Below, in pieces: positions 17,808 to 22,700 of a stretch of DNA of 22,700 nt. The translations under genes and the position numbers were made by a program. Under the pieces are notes generated by a model, which was not told where the DNA came from, searched no databases, and was given only the letters and a program-made list of their open reading frames with translations. Source of the DNA: Promethearchaeota archaeon. Its GTDB lineage: Archaea > Asgardarchaeota > Thorarchaeia > Thorarchaeales > Thorarchaeaceae. Each line of letters begins with the position of its first letter. The first letter of the stretch is position 1. Where the stretch lies: positions 1 through 22,700 of the forward strand of contig JALVPN010000221.1 of NCBI GenBank assembly GCA_027031765.1, given 5' to 3'.

Positions 17808-18287
17808 TTAGTCCAGTCCTTCATTGCGGAACCAGAATTTGTCAACGACAAGAAGTACCAGGAAGATTCCCCCAAGAATGATGGTTAGTGTCCAGAGGGG
17901 GAGAAGGCCTTGGAGTACTCTGTTTGAGAGAGACTGGGGTCGATGAAAAGGAATGGGCCACAGCATTACGATACCGTTAAAGGCAATTATGAGCAGCTCC
18001 AGTACTCCCCGCCACCAGCGTGGCCTGGACTCCAAGAGAGCAACGTCCTCTGTTACCAGTCCTTCAAGGCCGAACAGGACTTCAATAAGGGATGTCCCGA
18101 GATACTTGTCGCAGAACCAGAGAGATAGAAAAAACGTGACAAGAGCAGTAACGAGCCAGATGAGAAACTTATGCCAGGGAGATAGAAACAACGTCGATAG
18201 AAACAGCGTCACAAGAGAGACGACGACCCAAATGACAAACAACTGGTATAGATGCGGTCCTCGGACTGTTCTAGTCATCACTGTCAC
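17808..18287 (-). CDS. Orphan partner-like 4-TM membrane protein
   Basis: Four hydrophobic segments, GAGGTG upstream, similar size and topology to partners C, D and E. No intact cognate tip. Confidence 0.75.
   Translation of the reverse strand: MTVMTRTVRGPHLYQLFVIWVVVSLVTLFLSTLFLSPWHKFLIWLVTALVTFFLSLWFCDKYLGTSLIEVLFGLEGLVTEDVALLESRPRWWRGVLELLIIAFNGIVMLWPIPFHRPQSLSNRVLQGLLPLWTLTIILGGIFLVLLVVDKFWFRNEGLD
18181..18210. repeat. 15-bp tandem duplication (TLFLS x2)
   Basis: gatagaaacaacgtc / gatagaaacagcgtc. Confidence 0.85.
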
Positions 18288-18299
18288 CTCTTTCAGTCC

Positions 18300-18632
18300 T
18301 CATACCACCCAACCTGGAGCGTGAAAAGGTGAATCCGCAGACTGCATGGCAGTGATCTGTCCCACTTCCCAGGCCACCGCCCGTAGCCACATAGTAGCGG
18401 GAACGGTCATCATCCACCCTGCAGCCCTCATTGCCACCCCTTGCCTCGTGTTGGCCCAAAGACACATCCCAGTGCTTACCGCCACTGCATAGACCGGGAA
18501 CACGGGATTTCCAAGGAGCGACACCAACAGAACCTCCAACTCGTTGTAGTCGGGTCGGTTCTTTGTCTTTTTTGGCAGCACCGGATGACTTGGTAGGGCC
18601 ATCCGGTACGGTTGACAGTCCGTCAAGACCAA
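18300..18632 (-). pseudogene. Possible degenerate tip remnant upstream of orphan partner 17808..18287
   Basis: Hydrophobic stretch LEVLLVSLLGNPVFPVYAVAVSTGMCLW...AAGWMMTVPATMWLRAVAW in the position where a tip is expected. No junction module. An overlapping frame (18271..18750) competes. Confidence 0.3.
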
Positions 18633-18746
18633 GAATGAACAGGTGCACCAACAAGGGGGCGGACAATACCACTGGCCCCGTCCTAGGCGACCGGGGCCAC
18701 ACCAGCAGTTGTCGCTGCAACGTGAGAAACGGTCTTCTGTGCCCCA

Positions 18747-19325
18747 TCACTCTGTCACGGGCCCTGGCACCACCGGGCCCGAATACTTTGCTTGGAGTTC
18801 CTGCACGACCGCCCTTGCCTGAACCCCCAACTCGTCCTCCCGGTCTATCAACGACTGTAATACCTCCTCTGCGATGACACTGTGCCTGTGGGCGGCCAGG
18901 AACACACTCTCAAGACAGTCCGTGAGGAGCTCCGTGTCCACTCCGCGGCCCTCCTCATACGCGGCAACTATCGGCTGCACAACATGTCTGGGAAAGCAGT
19001 CCTTGTACAGCTCTCCTATATAGACAGCCCCAATATTCAGCACCACCAGAGCGACAGCTCCGAGGAGGACATCCCACCACAGAGGAGTCCCCTGAAACAT
19101 GGGGTCATCACTGAGACTGTCGAGAAAATGCCCGATGAAGAAGCCCAGGTTCGCGGGCAGGGCAACAAGGGTGAAATAGGAGCGGAGGTGACTACCACAC
19201 AGGACTCGCCGCAGGCGACCAGCATGTCTGGTCGTGTACTCATCACCCCAGAAGACAGTGGTGATTGAACAGACCCACGCTAGTGCCATTACAGCTGCTA
19301 CCACAGCCAAGCGAAAAGAGGTCAT
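18747..19325 (-). CDS. Partner membrane protein, family A (allele A')
   Basis: ATG at 19325 in a TAATG overlap with the tip A' stop. Paralogue of 6684..7337. Confidence 0.78.
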   Translation of the reverse strand: MTSFRLAVVAAVMALAWVCSITTVFWGDEYTTRHAGRLRRVLCGSHLRSYFTLVALPANLGFFIGHFLDSLSDDPMFQGTPLWWDVLLGAVALVVLNIGAVYIGELYKDCFPRHVVQPIVAAYEEGRGVDTELLTDCLESVFLAAHRHSVIAEEVLQSLIDREDELGVQARAVVQELQAKYSGPVVPGPVTE

Positions 19326-20389
19326 TACTGTACCTCCATGAACTCTCTGACTGAGATCTCGTAAAACTTTGTCCATACGAACCACATAGATGCGACTATG
19401 AAGAAGTTGAACGCCGCAGCGACTATTCCCCAGAGAAGTCGGAAACGGTACGTTTCTCTGAGCTTACCAAACAAGTCCTCGGAAACATGCCACAAGAGTG
19501 GTACTATGAGGGCATACCCGACAAGCCCCGTTGGGTATGACAAGGCCATGCCCAACCACAGTCCCAGCAGTCCGACTACGAAATCGGCTGTGACCGCGCC
19601 TGCTCCATAGGCCGCTAGGAGTAGCGTAATCCACCGACTCCAAATCGCATAGTAACCAAGCATAAGGGCCACTTTTGCAGCAGGTTCTAGGCACGCCGCC
19701 ATCATGCAGGTGTCTACTACACCCAGACCAATTAGCAATGCGACACTCGACCACGCGATGGCAGTTGAAACAGTGTTCTCAACGGCAGTTGCCTCTGCCA
19801 CATGCACTGCCCAGGACTGCTCCTGTGCGTCAGTCATCCGGTCGTCCACCGGCGTGTCAATCTCACACCCTTCGACTCGAAAGTCACACAGCAGGTCGAC
19901 CGAGACGTGCAGAGTAGCCGTGCCACCTGCTGGAGTCGAGACCGTCAACGACAGGTGAATGCGGGGCCACCACCCTTCCCACCATGCCACAACCTGCTCC
20001 GGCAACCCCTGGATGTCATCCAGGAGGGACTGGACAGCTGGCGAGGGCTCGACCTCTGCATAGCACCCGTCAACAGTCCCATCGGACTCCTCTGGCTCCT
20101 CCGGGTCTGGCGCATCCGGGTCGTGCCGCGTCAGATCCGCCACCACCTTGATGTCGTGTATCCGCATCCCCACAAGGTCGAAACCAGAGTGCCTGTAACC
20201 CGAGACCGCCACGTACTTGGCCACACGCGGGGCATTGTCGCACTCGCCTATCGGACCAGGCGTCGCAGGCCCAGTGCTCACATTCACCGCTCCATCACCA
20301 CCCACCGGACAGTCCCCACCACAACGCCCCAGTCTTCCTGGACAGGGTGCACGAGTACCCTGGGTCCCAGTGGCCTGGAGGACTGTCAT
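19325..20389 (-). CDS. Orphan cassette, variable tip type A (allele A')
   Basis: IGECDNAPRVAKYV...DLTRHDPDAPDPEEP...WWEGWWPRIHLSLTV. In-frame homology starts ~20300 and upstream homology is in another frame. Confidence 0.72.
   Translation of the reverse strand: MTVLQATGTQGTRAPCPGRLGRCGGDCPVGGDGAVNVSTGPATPGPIGECDNAPRVAKYVAVSGYRHSGFDLVGMRIHDIKVVADLTRHDPDAPDPEEPEESDGTVDGCYAEVEPSPAVQSLLDDIQGLPEQVVAWWEGWWPRIHLSLTVSTPAGGTATLHVSVDLLCDFRVEGCEIDTPVDDRMTDAQEQSWAVHVAEATAVENTVSTAIAWSSVALLIGLGVVDTCMMAACLEPAAKVALMLGYYAIWSRWITLLLAAYGAGAVTADFVVGLLGLWLGMALSYPTGLVGYALIVPLLWHVSEDLFGKLRETYRFRLLWGIVAAAFNFFIVASMWFVWTKFYEISVREFMEVQ
20092..20248. repeat. Junction module copy 5
   Basis: Encodes ECDNAPRVAKYVAVSGYRHSGFDLVGMRIHDIKVVADLTRHDPDAPDPEEP. 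Confidence 0.92.
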
Positions 20390-20536
20390 GTAGAGAGGAG
20401 TAGACGTTGGACTGGCGTCTCATGCCGCCGGCCCACGCAACGCCCTGTCGACAGGCATCACGGTCGCTGTTGCTCGTCGTCCAAGCCCGGCTGTGTCATG
20501 TCCGCCACCAATGTACACTGTGTCCGCCACCCTGTC
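20390..20536 (-). pseudogene. Frameshifted homology arm of cassette A'
   Basis: A shifted frame reads RQSNVYSSLHDSPPGHWDPGYSCTLSRKTGALWWG (running into 20310), versus YAYFYPQDSGSPCRRWSGYSYTSFFQKTVTFSWG in the 610-aa gene. The TLVADMTQ segment is shared with 15100-15200. Confidence 0.68.
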
Positions 20537-21241
20537 CTATGGGGAGGCCATGGACTGGTCCCCGTCCTGTAGATATGTAGCATACCATTCTCTGTAGGCC
20601 CTCCTGAATGCCTCCCCGCACTCATCGTCCCGGGCCAGCAGCTGTCTGAATGCTCTGGCAAAGATGTTTCGCGTCCCCCCCTGACGCATCTTCTCGTACT
20701 CTGTGAGCAGACGGTGCACCAGTTCCTTGAATGCAGTCCTGTCAGGTGTTGACTTACGAAAGGCCGTCTCTACTGCCCCTACTACTGCATCTACTGGGAC
20801 CTGCTCCCACGCCTGTTCCAGGGCCCGCTCCCTGTCTGTCATCTCTCTTCTCCCGAACCGCCTTGAGAGCTCTCTGTATCTGCCGTAGACAGAGAAAATG
20901 AGAAAGAACAGTGGTAGAAGAATAAAAATCCAAATCACGGACAGAAGAAACAGGGATAGGCCATCCATCGGGCCTGCTGGCACTGACAATAGTGCTGACA
21001 GAAGTGGCACTGACAATAGTGCTGACAGAAGGAATGCTACCATAACATCAAACATGACATAGGTCGTCATTGCCCGTTTGAAAGTCCCACACAGGAAACG
21101 TCCCACCCTTCGCAGTACCATGGGGCCACATTCATGCTCGGAACAACAGTCGGATACCATGATAAACAAGCCGAACAACAGGAGTATTGCGGGCGCCCAG
21201 ATAATGAGGACTATCGGGAGGGGCGGTTGTTCGGTCATCAT
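20537..21241 (-). CDS. Partner membrane protein, family B (allele B')
   Basis: ATGA overlap with the tip B' stop. Paralogue of 15199..15858 (CSEHECGP, STPDRTAFKELVHRLLT, ARAFRQLLARDDECGEAF). Confidence 0.8.
   Translation of the reverse strand: MMTEQPPLPIVLIIWAPAILLLFGLFIMVSDCCSEHECGPMVLRRVGRFLCGTFKRAMTTYVMFDVMVAFLLSALLSVPLLSALLSVPAGPMDGLSLFLLSVIWIFILLPLFFLIFSVYGRYRELSRRFGRREMTDRERALEQAWEQVPVDAVVGAVETAFRKSTPDRTAFKELVHRLLTEYEKMRQGGTRNIFARAFRQLLARDDECGEAFRRAYREWYATYLQDGDQSMASP
20978..21031. repeat. Perfect 27-bp tandem duplication (LLSALLSVP x2)
   Basis: tggcactgacaatagtgctgacagaag x2. Confidence 0.95.
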
Positions 21242-22302
21242 GTTTCCACCTCAGAAGTCCAGTTCCTGAGACCCATCTCCAAGAACTTGACAATGTAATA
21301 GATACAGGTGACCAGGACCGCTACCTTTACCAGTACGACTGTGGCAGACCAGAGGCCTATCTTGCGGGAGCCAGAGGGCAGCCCTAGGTCGAAAGGTCGT
21401 CGTGTTCTCCATATACCAGACATGCACCAGGCCCTGCCAAGGACCAAGCGCATGGATCCGTCCCCAAGAAACGGTATCAAGAATGTGGTCAATGCTCCGG
21501 CGGCAGCAAGAGGACTGGTCACCCCCTCATCTACAGTATGGACTAGATACACCAAGTATGACACGAATGCCACAGTCCAAGCAGCAAGCATCACTAGCAG
21601 GACTCCCAGACTTGTGTCAATATTCAAAGGAGATGCCACAGCTTCTATTGCCTTCCATCCCAGTCCCACAGTAAGGGCAAGTGCCGTAGGGACAGCGTAT
21701 TCTGAAATGAGCTCGTCGTATTGTGTTTTCATTTCTGCCACTACATTCTGTAGCTCCTGCTCTGAGAGTCCCTGCTCAACCGAAGTAGCTATACTCAGTG
21801 AATGTATTTGAAAGTCACCCAAGATATCAGTTGAAACGAGTAGTGTGAGAGTCCCCTCCCCATCAAATGTCCCAGTGAACTGCAAGAATAGACGGGGCCA
21901 GAAGTTGACCAGCTCCCAGAAGACATCAATTGGCTGGAGGAATGGACTCAGGACTGCACCCACACTCTCTACGAGGTCGTCCTGATGCTCAACCGCCCCC
22001 ATTCCTGTCCCATCAGATACCACCGGCTCATCCGGGTCTGGCGCATCCGGGTCGTGCCGCGTCAGGTCCGCCACCACACTGGTGTCGTGTATGCGCATCC
22101 CCACCAGCTCGGGACTGGAGTACCTGTAGCCCAGGACTGCCACGTACTCGACCACCGGCAGGGACTTGTTGCACTCCGCTATCAGACATGCACTCTCCTG
22201 TCCGTCAATGCTCGGATACACCGTCCCGTGGCCACCCCGAAACGGATCCCACCACAACTCCCTTGTTTCGACAGAGGAAGTCATAGTCCCCGATGACAGC
22301 AC
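21238..22302 (-). CDS. Orphan cassette, variable tip type B (allele B')
   Basis: The frame is homologous to the 610-aa gene from KGWPNVYSYPQ (22350) through G-T-V-Y-P-S-I-D-G-Q and the junction module. In-frame stop at 22366-22368. Confidence 0.72.
   Translation of the reverse strand: MLSSGTMTSSVETRELWWDPFRGGHGTVYPSIDGQESACLIAECNKSLPVVEYVAVLGYRYSSPELVGMRIHDTSVVADLTRHDPDAPDPDEPVVSDGTGMGAVEHQDDLVESVGAVLSPFLQPIDVFWELVNFWPRLFLQFTGTFDGEGTLTLLVSTDILGDFQIHSLSIATSVEQGLSEQELQNVVAEMKTQYDELISEYAVPTALALTVGLGWKAIEAVASPLNIDTSLGVLLVMLAAWTVAFVSYLVYLVHTVDEGVTSPLAAAGALTTFLIPFLGDGSMRLVLGRAWCMSGIWRTRRPFDLGLPSGSRKIGLWSATVVLVKVAVLVTCIYYIVKFLEMGLRNWTSEVET
22023..22178. repeat. Junction module copy 6
   Basis: Encodes ECNKSLPVVEYVAVLGYRYSSPELVGMRIHDTSVVADLTRHDPDAPDPDEP. 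Confidence 0.92.
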
Positions 22303-22490
22303 ACCACTGCCTCCATTCTGTGGGTAGGAGTAGACGTTGGGCCAGCCCTTCCCGTGCGGAGGACATCATCCGTCCCTCGCCCCTCACCGTGGCCGCAACA
22401 GTGACCGCGCACAGGGCCCAGAGCATGCGTGACACATCAATGCCCGTGCTCAGCGGGACTGCGGGGGCCACCCCGGCCCTTCATGACTCA
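22303..22490 (-). pseudogene. Frameshifted homology arm of cassette B'
   Basis: tcc tcc gca cgg g aag ggc tgg: one extra G separates SSAR from KGWPNVYSYPQ (compare SNARKGYVYAYFYPQ). Confidence 0.7.
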
Positions 22491-22510
22491 TAGTGGTCAG
22501 TCCGTGGTGG

Positions 22511-22700
22511 TCAAGCGCCGTCCTCGCACATGTCCATCTCGTCCAGTCCCGTGTCATCCTCCATCTCCTCCTCTATCTCCTCATCTGCCGGATATGGTCT
22601 GCCGGCGCCCCAGTACTTGTAGCGGGGGTCATACATAGGGTAGCAGCACGTCATTACTACTACCGAGAGGACGAAGATGGGGTATCTTCCCATCTCATAC
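22511..22700 (-). CDS. Partner membrane protein, family E (allele E'), 5'-partial
   Basis: Near-identical to the C-terminus of 12477..12998. The frame runs off the right edge. Confidence 0.75.
   Translation of the reverse strand, partial: YEMGRYPIFVLSVVVMTCCYPMYDPRYKYWGAGRPYPADEEIEEEMEDDTGLDEMDMCEDGA

Noticed and set aside
18580-18698. Two short inverted repeats (accggatg...catccggt; ggccccg...cggggcc) as terminators or recombination sites
   Set aside because: 7-8-bp stems are expected by chance at this GC content, have no U-tract, and are not repeated at other cassettes.
18271-18750. 159-aa ORF coupled at both ends as a real gene
   Set aside because: No recognisable composition. Its counterpart after partner A (6636-6687) stops after ~16 codons, and the overlapping frame is more tip-like. 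Left unresolved.
7278-21031. CRISPR array suggested by 21-31-bp repeats
   Set aside because: Units are directly adjacent without spacers, have only 2-3 copies, are unrelated to each other, and no cas genes are present.
4-22638. Plus-strand ORFs in the track (for example 147..653, 681..1352, 4979..5917, 9452..10000, 19802..20572)
   Set aside because: Antisense shadows of well-supported minus-strand genes in GC-rich DNA, with no recognisable motifs.
6642-22700. Diversity-generating retroelement (template/variable repeat pairs)
   Set aside because: No reverse transcriptase in the window. Differences between paralogous blocks involve all base types and indels rather than being adenine-restricted, and the repeats span whole gene pairs.

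Overview
Archaeal-type sequence (RadA with N-terminal HhH domain, XPD helicase, MNT-HEPN pair, overlapping stop/start codons). An Asgard/Thorarchaeia origin is only my guess. Every credible gene is on the minus strand. Left part (1-6.35 kb): a tightly coupled operon of a divergent RadA paralogue, a Zn-ribbon/winged-helix protein, a hypothetical protein, a 4Fe-4S XPD/Rad3 helicase, and three small genes, two of which encode 2-TM membrane proteins. Right part (6.6-22.7 kb, continuing off the right edge): a cassette array. One apparently complete 610-aa gene and five 5'-truncated or frameshifted cassettes share a ~160-bp junction module (CxNASRVxKYVAxxGYRYSxxDLxGMRIHDIxVVADLTRHDPxAPDPxEP). Each module is followed by a variable hydrophobic C-terminal 'tip' and then an adjacent, mostly overlapping, small membrane-protein gene that co-segregates with the tip type. 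Orphan partner genes, mosaic frameshifted homology arms, many short tandem duplications and an MNT-HEPN module are interspersed. The architecture matches a polymorphic toxin/immunity or IdsD/IdsE-like self-recognition locus with silent recombination cassettes. That function is inferred from architecture, not demonstrated.
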